A stretch of DNA of 64,000 nt from assembly GCA_046313635.1 (NCBI GenBank), contig JBKBYA010000001.1, positions 927,481 to 991,480 of the forward strand, in the 5' to 3' direction. The notes under the pieces were generated by a model. The model saw nothing but the letters and a program-made list of their open reading frames with translations. It made no database searches and was not told the origin of the DNA. Position 1 is the stretch's first letter, and each line of letters opens with the position of its first letter. Shown in pieces: positions 28,746 to 38,720 of the stretch. Position numbers and translations under genes: made by a program. The stretch comes from Pyrinomonadaceae bacterium (GTDB lineage: Bacteria; Acidobacteriota; Blastocatellia; Pyrinomonadales; Pyrinomonadaceae).

Positions 28746-31700
28746 GTGAGCGTAAATGCGGGCAGCCATCTGGGGAGATTTTCGCTACTCGACCGCATCG
28801 GTGCGGGGGGAATGGGCGAGATCTTTCTGGCGCACGACCCGCAGCTCGAGCGCCGCGTCGCGCTGAAGATACTTCCGGAAAGATATACGCAGGACGCAGA
28901 CCGGCTCGAGCGATTTGTCCGCGAGGCAAAGGCGGCTTCTTCGCTCAATCATCCGAATATCCTCACCATCTTTGAGATCGGCTCGGTCGGCGAGACGCAC
29001 TTCATCGCGATCGAGTTCATCGACGGCCACACGCTGCGCGACAAGATCACGGCCCGCAGTCTCGAGCTCGACGTGATCCTCTCGATCACGCGGCAGACCG
29101 CCGAGGCCCTCGCCGCGGCGCACGCCGCGGGGATCGTTCACCGCGACATCAAGCCCGAGAACATAATGGTCCGCCGGGACGGGTATGTGAAGGTGCTCGA
29201 CTTTGGACTGGCAAAGCTCTCGGAGCTGACCTCCGACGATACGAGCGACGAGGCCAAAGAGGCCTCGACCCGCCGGCTCGCGCTGACGAGCCCCGGAATG
29301 GTGATGGGCACGGCCGCGTATATGTCGCCCGAGCAGACGCGCGGGCTCGCCGACCTCGACGGACGGACCGACGTCTGGAGCCTCGGCGTCGTGCTCTACG
29401 AGATGCTCACGGGCAGGCGCCCATTCGAGGGCGAGACGAGCAGCGACATCATCGCCTCGATCCTGCGGTCGGAGCCGGGCGATATCACAAAGGCATTCCC
29501 CGGCTGCCCGGCAGAGCTCGAACGGATCGTTACGAAAGCTCTCAAAAAAGATCGCGACGAGCGCTATCAGAGCGTCAAGGACCTCGCCGTCGATCTGCGC
29601 GCGCTGCGAAAGGATCTCGAGTTCTCGCGTTCGTCGCCCGGCCGCACGAATGGTTCGAGCCGTTCGGAGGCGAGGGCCGTCACGACCACGAGCGAGCGGG
29701 CCGCGGCCGGAAGTCGCCGACCGATCATTCTCGGAGTAGTGATAGCTGCTGTCGTGATCATCGCGGCCTTTGCCGGCTGGCGCTGGTTTGCGGCGGGCTC
29801 GGGCGGTGTCGAGGCGGGCGATATCGGCAGTCTGAAGGTCGTCGATGTCTTCAGTTGGGCAAGCGCGTCGGGCGAGGTGTACAGCGTCGGCAGATTCTCG
29901 CCCGACGGCCGGACGATCGCCTTTGAATCGACACGCTCGGGCAGCAAGCACATCTGGATCAAACAGGTCGCCGCCGGCGACGCCGTGCAGATCACAAAGG
30001 ACGAGGCCGCCAACGAGCAGCCGGTCTGGTCGCCCGACGGCCAGGAGCTCGCGTACGTCTCGACGCGCGGCAACAAGGTCGGCATCTGGCGAATGCCGGC
30101 GCTCGGCGGCTCGCCGCGGCTCGTCGCGAATCTCGCCGACCGCGCGGTGCAGCTGCGCCGGTGGGACAAGAGCGGCCCGATCTATTTCGCATCCGAAGGC
30201 GAGCTCTACTCGGCCGATCCCGCGAGCGGCACGATCGGCAAGCTGACCGATCTCGCCTCGCGCTCCGTCGCGGCGCAGTCGATCGACATTTCACCCGACG
30301 GGCTGCAGATAGCGTATCGCACGGCTTCGGACAGGTCGTGGGAGATCTGGGCGGCGCGGCTCGACTCGCTCTCGACGGCCCGGCGTGTGCTGTCCGCCGG
30401 GCGCGAGGTCAGGAATATCCGCTGGCATCCGGACGGCGTGCGGATACTCTTCAGCCGCGAGACCGACGGGACGTTTCAGATCTTTGCGGCGGATTCGAAC
30501 GCAGCAGACGCCGAACCTGTACAGCTGACCGCGGCCGAGCGCGACTGCATGCTCCAGGACGTCTCGGCCGACGGCGCGCGCCTGCTATTCGGAGCGGCGA
30601 AAGAAGAGTCGGACATCTGGCTCTCCGACGTGCGCGCGGGCGGCGACTCGGTCGTCACGTCCGACATCGACGCAGAGCTCTGGCCGAGCGTCTCGCCCGA
30701 CGGCCGCACGCTCGCGTACCAGTCGATCAAAAACCTTTCGCAGGGCAACAAGCTCACCACCGGCTCGATCGTGTCCCGCGGCGTATCGGCCGGCGCGGCA
30801 TCGACGGTATCGCAGATCACGGCGAGCGGGTACCTGCCGACATGGTCGCCCGACGGCAGTATGATCGCCTTTGGCAAGAGTGACGGCGGGCGCAATCAGA
30901 TCTTTGTCGTCTCCTCGACCGGCGGCGGTGAGCGCGTCGTTACGCCCAACGCCTCGACCGCGCCTTCGTATTCTGTGCTGCCGTACAATCGCGGGCAGAA
31001 CTCTGATTTTGGCTGGGCGGCAGACTCACGGCGTCTCGCGTACGTATCCAACGACGGCGGAGCTTCTAACGTCTGGATCGCCGACACGTCGCAGCTCGAC
31101 GGCGGGCCCGCCGCCGAGCGCCTGACCGGCAATCAGGACAAGCTCACGGCGATGCAGGCGCCGACGTGGCGGCCGGACCGCGCCAATGAGCTCGCATTCG
31201 TCGAAAGAAGGACCGAGTACGCCGGCGACGATCCGCGGATGACCTACACCGTCAGGCTCGCCGACACGACGAGCGGCGCGGGCCGCGAGCTGGGCCGCTA
31301 CGACGACTACATCAAGATCGTCGGCTGGCTCGCCGGCGGCCGCGAGATCCTGCTGGCGTCGGACGCCTCAGGTCTCGATGCGGCCTTGCCCTCGACGGTC
31401 GATCTGCTCTCGATCGATGTCGAGAGCGGCCGTTCGCGCAGCGTCGCCCGGCTGACCGAGGCTTATCTCTACAACATTCAAGTGTCGCCTTCGGGCAAGA
31501 GCGTCGCTTTCGCCGCGCATCGCGACGGCAAGGACGATCTTTGGATGATGCCGCTGCCGGGCGTGCCGCGGCGGCTGACGGCAAACAACGACCCGCGCGT
31601 TCACTTCTCGAGCATGGCCTGGGCGCCGGACGAGAATTTTATTTATTTCGGCAAGCAATTGCGTTACAGTTTGCTGTCAATGGTGACCAACTATAAATGA
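28746..31700 (+). CDS. Hanks-type Ser/Thr kinase with TM helix and TolB/PD40 beta-propeller ectodomain
   Basis: GAGGMG, VALK, HRDIKPEN, DFGLAK, YMSPEQ; TM ~aa 328-350; repeated WSPDG. Confidence 0.93.
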   Translation: MSVNAGSHLGRFSLLDRIGAGGMGEIFLAHDPQLERRVALKILPERYTQDADRLERFVREAKAASSLNHPNILTIFEIGSVGETHFIAIEFIDGHTLRDKITARSLELDVILSITRQTAEALAAAHAAGIVHRDIKPENIMVRRDGYVKVLDFGLAKLSELTSDDTSDEAKEASTRRLALTSPGMVMGTAAYMSPEQTRGLADLDGRTDVWSLGVVLYEMLTGRRPFEGETSSDIIASILRSEPGDITKAFPGCPAELERIVTKALKKDRDERYQSVKDLAVDLRALRKDLEFSRSSPGRTNGSSRSEARAVTTTSERAAAGSRRPIILGVVIAAVVIIAAFAGWRWFAAGSGGVEAGDIGSLKVVDVFSWASASGEVYSVGRFSPDGRTIAFESTRSGSKHIWIKQVAAGDAVQITKDEAANEQPVWSPDGQELAYVSTRGNKVGIWRMPALGGSPRLVANLADRAVQLRRWDKSGPIYFASEGELYSADPASGTIGKLTDLASRSVAAQSIDISPDGLQIAYRTASDRSWEIWAARLDSLSTARRVLSAGREVRNIRWHPDGVRILFSRETDGTFQIFAADSNAADAEPVQLTAAERDCMLQDVSADGARLLFGAAKEESDIWLSDVRAGGDSVVTSDIDAELWPSVSPDGRTLAYQSIKNLSQGNKLTTGSIVSRGVSAGAASTVSQITASGYLPTWSPDGSMIAFGKSDGGRNQIFVVSSTGGGERVVTPNASTAPSYSVLPYNRGQNSDFGWAADSRRLAYVSNDGGASNVWIADTSQLDGGPAAERLTGNQDKLTAMQAPTWRPDRANELAFVERRTEYAGDDPRMTYTVRLADTTSGAGRELGRYDDYIKIVGWLAGGREILLASDASGLDAALPSTVDLLSIDVESGRSRSVARLTEAYLYNIQVSPSGKSVAFAAHRDGKDDLWMMPLPGVPRRLTANNDPRVHFSSMAWAPDENFIYFGKQLRYSLLSMVTNYK

Positions 31701-31716
31701 ACGGAGGAAGCTACTC

Positions 31717-32127
31717 TTGAACTTCAGACTCTTTGTCCGCGCCGCTTCGATGGCGGCGTTCGTGTTCGTTCTCCTCGCATTCAGTAACGCCGCGTTCGGG
31801 CAGAAGGCGCAAAATTCCGACTGCTCGGCGACCACCGACGACCAGATCGTCAACGCGATCTACGACGCGATACAGGTCAAATATTCGTCCGAGATGGACC
31901 ACGTCAACGTGACGAGCAAGGACGGCGTCGTGACGATCCGCGGCTACGCGACGACCAAAAAGGCAAAGTCCGCGATCGAAAAGGCCGCGCGCAAAGCCAA
32001 GTGCGTCAAGTCGGTCACCAGCCACCTCGCCGTCGGCGCGAGCGGCGGCTGCGGCCCGGGCTACAAGGTCTGCGGCTCGACGTGCATTCCCGAGAACGAG
32101 ACCTGCACCATCCGGACAAGGGGCTGA
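31717..32127 (+). CDS. Exported BON-domain protein with Cys-rich tail
   Basis: GGAGG RBS plus TTG; signal peptide; VNVTSKDGVVTIRG..VKSV; tail CGPGYKVCGSTCIPENETC. Confidence 0.8.
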   Translation: MNFRLFVRAASMAAFVFVLLAFSNAAFGQKAQNSDCSATTDDQIVNAIYDAIQVKYSSEMDHVNVTSKDGVVTIRGYATTKKAKSAIEKAARKAKCVKSVTSHLAVGASGGCGPGYKVCGSTCIPENETCTIRTRG

Positions 32128-32147
32128 GACTGCCCTTCTGGAGCGAA

Positions 32148-33395
32148 ATGAGATCACGATACGCCAGCGTCGCCGTGCCCGCGGGTGCGGCCGCGCTGGC
32201 GTTGTCGTTTATCGCCTCGGCGACGGCCCAATCGCCGACGCCCTCGCCGGCGGCGGTCGACGATTACCAGCAGCGAAAGGTCGCCGCGTGTACCGCGCAA
32301 GAGATCTCGGGCGAGCGCACCTACGCCTTTCGCACGCTGCCGCGCGAGCCGCTGCCGAAAGGCTTTTACGGAAAAAAGCCCTGGCTGCTGCGCGTCCTCG
32401 GCTGGGTGCCGGGCGTGTCGCGGCTCGCCGGAGCGCCGGACGAGTCGGCGTTTCGCAGTTTCGAAGGCTCGTATCCGAGCAGGACAAAACCTTTCTTTGA
32501 ATCGAGCCGCTCGCGCGCGATCCGTCTCGAGGCCGAGGCACGGCTCAAGTCGTTTGACGCCGAGGCCGACGCGGCGTGGCAGCGCTGGCTTGCAGAGAAC
32601 CCGAAAGCCGACGACGACGCCAAACTCTCGGCCGAGTCGCGGCTTCGCACCGACGGACTCGCACTCGCGCGTGCGGCGAGCTTTGATTGGCGCGCATTCG
32701 GCATCGACGTCGGCCCGGCCGGCAATCAGGGCTACGGCTGCAATCTCTGCTGGGCGTTTGCCGCGGTCGACGCGGTGAACGCGAGCCGGCAGATAATGCG
32801 CCGCCGCCGCGGCATCGACATTCCAGAAGGCGTCGAGCTGCCGCCGCCGAGCGTCCGCCAGCTCGTGAGCTGCATGGGAGCAAAGGCGCCGTACTGCATC
32901 GAGAACTGGCCGAGCGAGGCCTTTACGTTCATGGTCGACCAGGGGCTGCCGCTCGGCGGTTCGATCGTTTACGTCGCCGATCCAAAGACCGGCCCGATCT
33001 GCGACCCGGACGATCGTCTGAACGCGCTGACCTGGGATTACGTCGCAGCGGCGCCCGGCGGAACGGCCACGGCCGACGAGATCAAACGCGCGCTGGTGAT
33101 GTACGGCCCGGTCGTCGCGGCGATGAATTTCGATTCTTGTCTCGAGCTCTACGACGACGGGATCTTTAACGAAGAGGTCACGCGCGGCGCGAATCATTTT
33201 GTCCTGATCATCGGTTGGAGCGACGACAAGCAGGCGTGGCTCGTCAAGAACTCGTGGGGCACCGATTGGGGCGACGGCGGTTTCGGCTGGATCAAATATC
33301 AAAGCAATCTGATCGGCAGGGGCGCGTCATTCGTCATTCCGGATCCCGTGAGAGAAAAGCAGTTGATCGAAAAATACAAGAACAATGCGCAATAG
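32148..33395 (+). CDS. Exported papain-family (C1A) cysteine peptidase
   Basis: SFDWR, NQG..C..CWAFA, YGPV, NHFVLIIGW, KNSWGTDWGDGGF. Confidence 0.9.
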   Translation: MRSRYASVAVPAGAAALALSFIASATAQSPTPSPAAVDDYQQRKVAACTAQEISGERTYAFRTLPREPLPKGFYGKKPWLLRVLGWVPGVSRLAGAPDESAFRSFEGSYPSRTKPFFESSRSRAIRLEAEARLKSFDAEADAAWQRWLAENPKADDDAKLSAESRLRTDGLALARAASFDWRAFGIDVGPAGNQGYGCNLCWAFAAVDAVNASRQIMRRRRGIDIPEGVELPPPSVRQLVSCMGAKAPYCIENWPSEAFTFMVDQGLPLGGSIVYVADPKTGPICDPDDRLNALTWDYVAAAPGGTATADEIKRALVMYGPVVAAMNFDSCLELYDDGIFNEEVTRGANHFVLIIGWSDDKQAWLVKNSWGTDWGDGGFGWIKYQSNLIGRGASFVIPDPVREKQLIEKYKNNAQ

Positions 33396-35124
33396 CCGTC
33401 TTTTACGCCCGCTGGCGCTCGCCGCCGCTGCACTCGCCGCATTCTCGTCGCCGCTTGCTGCCCAGCCGCCTGAGCAGCCGGCATGGCGGACGGTCGCGTC
33501 GATGGAATTCGATGTGCGTGCGGACGGCTTTTCGTTTGCCAACTACCGCAACCGAAAAGGCCGCTTTGAGAATGACATTTCTCGTGAAGACCTGTTTCGA
33601 ATGTTCGGTGTACGGCCGACATGCGACAACGGCACGACCGCAGCAAACTGCATCGTCAAGGCGTCGGCCCGGCAGTGGATCGAGAAGATGCTGGCGGCGA
33701 TGAATATCGGTCACTGCGAGGGCATCGCCGTCGCGAGCCTGCGGTTCAACGCGGCCCAGCCCTTCAAAGGCCGCTCGTCGCCGACCGCATTTCAGCCGCG
33801 GGCGGACGAGGTTTTCAGGCTCGGCCTCGACGACGGCGTCGAGAATTACATCGCCTATTACTGGATCACGCAGACATTCGAGGAGGTCATACGCGCGTCC
33901 GACGCCTGGGCCGAACGCGGGCCGCGCGCCATCGTGCAGGAGATCGTTCGCGGGATCAAGAGCGGCACCGAAACCTACACTATCGGCCTCGAAAAGTACG
34001 ACGCAGGCCGCGCCTTTGACGGTCACGCGCTCGTGCCGTACGCGGTCGACCACAACGGCTCGACGTACCGGGTCAGCATCTACGACAGCAACTTTCCGGG
34101 GCAGCCCCGGAACCTCTTTGTCGACGATTCCGACGCTCAATCGTGGTCGTACAGTTCAAAGGGCGACGCCGTTCGCGCGCGAGCCGACTATCGCGGCGGA
34201 GCGGCGACGCGTTCGCTTTACCTGACGCCGACCTCGATCCGCGAGGACAGATGCTTTACGCCCGAATTCAAACGCTTTGGCGAAAAGGCGTCAAACTGCG
34301 GGCTCGCGTCGGAGCGTGCGTCGGCAAGTGCTGCGATGCCGCCCGGCGTGCGGTTCGATACAGCGTCGTATCTTGCGGCGCAGAGCGCGAATGACGGCAA
34401 CGCCGAATTCTTTTTGACCGGCGAGGGCGCGATGATGGTCGTCGATCCCGACGGGCGGCGCGTCGGGTACGATCCCTTCAAGGACCGCTTTGTCGAGGAG
34501 ATCCCCGACGCGATCAGCGACATATTGATCGGCGGGCTCGGGATCGACGCCCCGCACTTCGTCATACCGTACGACAGCGACGACCCCGAGGCGATGTACA
34601 AGATCGTCTTCTCGGGCAAGTACCTCGAGCGCGGCACAGAGAATGTGATGGACCTCGTCTTTACGGCGCCGGGATTCACCGTTGGTTTCGAAGGCATCAG
34701 GCTCGACGCCGGCGAGGTGCTCCTCGCCGAGATCTCGGCCGACGGCGAGCACATCACATTCACTAGCAGTGCCGACGGCGAGACGCCGACGGTCTATTTC
34801 GCGTTCGACGGGCCGGCCGACGACGACGCGAGCTACATCGCGACGGTCGGCGGCGTCGCACTCGCGGCGGGCAGATCGCTCAATTACGATCTTGAACTCG
34901 AGCTCGGCAAGCTCTTTATCTCAGACGACGACGGCAACGCCGACAAATACGACATCGAGCTGCTCCGCATCGGCGCCGACGGCCGCGAAGAAGTTTACCG
35001 GGCCGACGACGTCGCCTTCGGCCGAGGCGACCGCTACGAGATGGACTTCGGCCAATGGAAGGGCGACGGCGACGCGATCTGCTTCAAGCAGGACGACGAG
35101 GGCGACGGCTTCGACGACGAATAA
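33385..35124 (+). CDS. Exported protein with putative Cys-His-Asp papain-like domain and acidic beta-rich C-terminus
   Basis: FSFANY, GHCEGIA, GHALVPY, IYDSNFP; overlaps the C1 gene; possible premature stop (see findings). Confidence 0.65.
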   Translation: MRNSRLLRPLALAAAALAAFSSPLAAQPPEQPAWRTVASMEFDVRADGFSFANYRNRKGRFENDISREDLFRMFGVRPTCDNGTTAANCIVKASARQWIEKMLAAMNIGHCEGIAVASLRFNAAQPFKGRSSPTAFQPRADEVFRLGLDDGVENYIAYYWITQTFEEVIRASDAWAERGPRAIVQEIVRGIKSGTETYTIGLEKYDAGRAFDGHALVPYAVDHNGSTYRVSIYDSNFPGQPRNLFVDDSDAQSWSYSSKGDAVRARADYRGGAATRSLYLTPTSIREDRCFTPEFKRFGEKASNCGLASERASASAAMPPGVRFDTASYLAAQSANDGNAEFFLTGEGAMMVVDPDGRRVGYDPFKDRFVEEIPDAISDILIGGLGIDAPHFVIPYDSDDPEAMYKIVFSGKYLERGTENVMDLVFTAPGFTVGFEGIRLDAGEVLLAEISADGEHITFTSSADGETPTVYFAFDGPADDDASYIATVGGVALAAGRSLNYDLELELGKLFISDDDGNADKYDIELLRIGADGREEVYRADDVAFGRGDRYEMDFGQWKGDGDAICFKQDDEGDGFDDE

Positions 35125-35285
35125 TGCGTCGACGAACCGGACGAGGGCGGCTAGACGCGATCGCCGGATCCTGCGCCAATTCGGATCGAATTGACAACGG
35201 GGCATTCCGCCTCGACATGCATTCGTAATTGTCGCTTTGCTCGCGTCACAAAATGATCTAGAGTCGCGGCCATCCAAGGACGACT

Positions 35286-36645
35286 ATGGCAGATGTTTCT
35301 CGACGACAATTCATCGCAGGCGCCGTCGGAGCAACGGCCGCGGTCAACACTTTGGCGCAGCGTGCAGGCGGACAAATGCAGCGTCCGAATATCTTATTCA
35401 TCCTCGCCGATGATCTCGGTTGGGGAGATCTCGGCTGCTACGGTCGTCCGGACTATCAAACTCCAACGCTCGACCGTCTTGCCCGAGAAGGCATCAGGTT
35501 TACGAATGCCTATTCTGCCGCGCCGGTATGCACGCCGACGCGTGTCGGCTTCTTCACCGGCCGCTATCCGGCAAGGCTGCGCGTCGGCCTCGAGGAGCCG
35601 ATCCACGAGCGCAGCGAACTGACTGTCGATCAGTTGAAAGCGTACGGCATTCCGAGTGAGCATCCGACCGTCGCTTCGCTGCTCAGGTCTGCGGGCTATT
35701 CAACGGCGCTCGTCGGCAAGTGGCACGTCGGCTACCTGCCGTACTTCAGCCCGATCAAGTCCGGCTTCGAAGAATTCTTTGGAAACATGAGCGGCGCGGT
35801 CGATTATTTTAGCCACCGCGACATGACCGACAGTCTCGACTTCTTTGAGAACGAGGTGCCCGTCGAGCGGGTCGGGTACATAACCGACCTTTTTACCGAG
35901 CGCGCCATCGAGTACATTCGACGGCCGCATAAGAAACCGTTCTACCTCAGTCTGCACTACACCTCGCCGCACTGGCCGTGGGAGGGCCCGAAGGACATCG
36001 CCGTCAGCAAAGCGATGAAGTACGGCCCGGCCGGCTTCCGCGCGGGCGGGTCGCTGAAGGTCTACGCCGAGATGATGAAAAGCCTCGACGCCGGCATCGG
36101 CCGCGTTCTGGCCGCCCTGCGCGCCGCGGGTTTGGAAAGGAACACGCTCGTAATTTTTACAAGCGACAACGGCGGAGAAAGGTTCTCTTACAACTGGCCG
36201 TTCCGCGGCGAGAAGATGCAGGTCTTCGAAGGCGGCATTCGCGTTCCGGCGATCGCAAGGTGGCCGGGTGTCACGCGGGCCGGAGCCGTCTCGCACCAGC
36301 CGGTCATCACGATGGATTGGACGGCGACGATGATGGCCGCTGCCGGTGCGAGACCGCACACCGATTTTCCGCTCGACGGCGAAGATCTGACTGCAGTCCT
36401 TGCCGGCAGGCGTCCGCTTTTACGATCGCGTCTTCTATTGGCGGACACTGCGGCAGGGAGCGATGAGGAGCGGAAAGTGGAAGTACATTCGCGACGGCAA
36501 AAATGAGTTTCTCTACGATCTCTCGGTCGACGAGCACGAGCAGGCGGATTTTAAGGAGTCTGATGCTGCACGGATAAAGCTCCTTCGTGAGCAGTTCCGG
36601 AAATGGGAGTCCGAAATGCCGCACTACCCACGCACTGCTGCATGA
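35286..36645 (+). pseudogene. Tat-exported Cys-type sulfatase split by a +1 frameshift near 36418-36421 (or sequencing error)
   Basis: SRRQFI Tat motif, PNILFILADDLG, CTPTR, GKWH, SDNGG; the C-terminal part (YWR..GAMRSGKWK..LYDL..D..E) continues in another frame to 36645. Confidence 0.8.
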
Positions 36646-36660
36646 GCGGCCATCGCATTG

Positions 36661-36689
36661 TTGACGCGCAAAATTGTCCGATATACTTT
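36661..36689 (+). promoter_or_regulatory. Putative sigma70 promoter of the pyrimidine operon
   Basis: TTGACG-N17-TACTTT. Confidence 0.5.
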
Positions 36690-36819
36690 GACGACGCCGG
36701 ACCCGTTTGATAGTCCTCTCTCCTTGCGGATCGGCGTCTGTTGAATTTAGATCGACGTCACACGGCGTTTCCGAACGGATCATAAAGGAGATGTGAGATC
36801 GACAAGTGTAAAGACCTGT

Positions 36820-38199
36820 ATGAAGACATTGATAAAAAGTGGACGGATCGTAACGGCCGTCGATGATTACATCGCGGACATTCTCATCGAGGACGAAACG
36901 GTCTCGATGATCGGCAGGCAGATAGACGTCGAGGCCGACGTCGTGATCGACGCGAGCGGCAAGCTCGTCATCCCCGGCGGGATCGATCCGCACACGCATA
37001 TGGAGCTGCCCTTCGGCGGTACGCAGTCGTCGGACGACTTTTTTACCGGGACGCGTGCGGCGGCATTTGGCGGGACAACGACGATTATCGATTTTGCGGT
37101 GCAGTACAAGGGCGAGTCGATGATACAGGCCGTTGACAACTGGCACGCCAAGGCCGAAGGGAAGTGCGCGATCGATTACGGCTTTCATCTGATCACGACC
37201 GAGTTCGAGGACCATCACAGCGAGCAGATGCACACGCTGATCGACGAGGGGATCACGTCGTTCAAGCTCTTTATGGCGTATCCGGGCGTGTTCCTCGTCG
37301 ACGACGCGACGATTTTTCGCGCGATGAGCGCGGCGGGCGAGCGGGGCGGGCTGATCTGCATGCACGCCGAGAACGGTATCGTCATCAACGAGATCATCAA
37401 ACGCTTTTTGGCCGAAGGCCGAACGGCGCCGAAGTATCACGCACTATCGCGCCCGACGATCGCCGAGGCCGAGGGCGTGCACCGCGCGATCGCGATCGCC
37501 GAGATGGCCGAGTCGCCGGTTTACATCGTTCACCTCTCGTCGGCCGACGCGCTCAACAAGGTCCGCGAAGCTCGCGACCGCGGCATTCCGGCATTTGCCG
37601 AGACTTGCCCGCAGTATCTGTTTCGCTCCATCGAAGACTACGGCGACGGCTGGGATGGCGCGAAGTACGTCTTCACGCCGCCGCTCAGAGAAAAGCACAA
37701 CTGCGGCGAGCTGTGGAAAGGCCTCAAGATGGACGACCTGCAGGTGATCTCGACCGACCACTGCCCGTTTTGTATGAAGGAGCAAAAGGAACTAGGGCGC
37801 GAGAGCTTTGCGCTCATCCCCAACGGCGCGCCCGGCGTCGAGAATCGGATGTCGCTCATCTATCACGGCGGCGTCGTCGAAAATCGCATCTCGCTCAACC
37901 GCTTTGTCGAGCTCACATCGACCGCGGCGGCAAAGATGTTCGGCATGTTCCCAAAGAAGGGCACCATCGCCGTCGGCTCCGACGCGGATATCGTCATCTT
38001 TGACCCGCAAAAGGAACACACGTTCGGCGTCGAGCACGAACATATGAACGTCGATTACTCGACCTACGAGGGCTGGAAGGTCAAGGGCAAGGTCGAGACC
38101 GTCCTCTCCCGCGGCCGCGTCATTATCGAAAATGGCGAACACACCGGTAAACAGGGCGACGGGCAATTCCTCAGACGGGGCGAGTGCGTGCGGATCTGA
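36820..38199 (+). CDS. hydA: Dihydropyrimidinase
   Basis: PGGIDPHTH, GGTTT, SFKLFMAY, HAENG, ETCPQYL, STDHCPF. Confidence 0.95.
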   Translation: MKTLIKSGRIVTAVDDYIADILIEDETVSMIGRQIDVEADVVIDASGKLVIPGGIDPHTHMELPFGGTQSSDDFFTGTRAAAFGGTTTIIDFAVQYKGESMIQAVDNWHAKAEGKCAIDYGFHLITTEFEDHHSEQMHTLIDEGITSFKLFMAYPGVFLVDDATIFRAMSAAGERGGLICMHAENGIVINEIIKRFLAEGRTAPKYHALSRPTIAEAEGVHRAIAIAEMAESPVYIVHLSSADALNKVREARDRGIPAFAETCPQYLFRSIEDYGDGWDGAKYVFTPPLREKHNCGELWKGLKMDDLQVISTDHCPFCMKEQKELGRESFALIPNGAPGVENRMSLIYHGGVVENRISLNRFVELTSTAAAKMFGMFPKKGTIAVGSDADIVIFDPQKEHTFGVEHEHMNVDYSTYEGWKVKGKVETVLSRGRVIIENGEHTGKQGDGQFLRRGECVRI

Positions 38200-38203
38200 A
38201 GAA

Positions 38204-38716
38204 ATGATCAAGCGTCTCGGAGAACGTGACCTAAAGACCAGATACGGAACCTTTCGCGAGGTGCTCTATTACGACGGCCGGCGCGAGTCGATCGCGATCG
38301 TGATGGGCGATGTGGCGGGCGGCGAAGACGTGTTCTGCCGAGTGCATTCGCACTGTATCGGGGCGCACATATTCAACAGCGTAGAGTGCACCTGCCGCGA
38401 GGAAATGGCCGCCGCTCAGGCCGCGATCGAGAGTGAGGGCCGAGGCGTCGTGATCTGGCTTGATCAGGAAGCAAAGGGCAACGGCCATCTCGCGCTGATC
38501 GAGAGCATCCCGTACAAAAAAGAGCACGGTCAGGCCCGCGCCTACGAGATGGCAGGCTACAAGGCCGACGCGCGAAGTTATACTGAGGCGGCGCAGGTCC
38601 TGAAGGAGCTTGGAGTGCGGTCGATACGCCTGCTCGCGAACTCGGAGGATAAGGCAGAGGAGCTCAGGAGAGAGGGCGTTGCGGTCACCGCACTGCAGCC
38701 GCTCGATGCGAGGTGA
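38204..38716 (+). CDS. Divergent GTP cyclohydrolase II (RibA)-like protein
   Basis: RVHSHC...CTC zinc cysteines, QEAKGNG, DARSY..AAQVL..LGV.SIRLL. Confidence 0.8.
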   Translation: MIKRLGERDLKTRYGTFREVLYYDGRRESIAIVMGDVAGGEDVFCRVHSHCIGAHIFNSVECTCREEMAAAQAAIESEGRGVVIWLDQEAKGNGHLALIESIPYKKEHGQARAYEMAGYKADARSYTEAAQVLKELGVRSIRLLANSEDKAEELRREGVAVTALQPLDAR

Positions 38717-38720
38717 ATAA

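Noticed and set aside
35177..35193. CAATTCG-gat-CGAATTG palindrome overlapping TTGACA upstream of the sulfatase
   Set aside because: Could be an operator, but no matching -10 or second copy was found; too weak to call
38204..38716. Calling this gene ribA
   Set aside because: Several GTP-binding and catalytic motifs are altered and there is no riboflavin gene context
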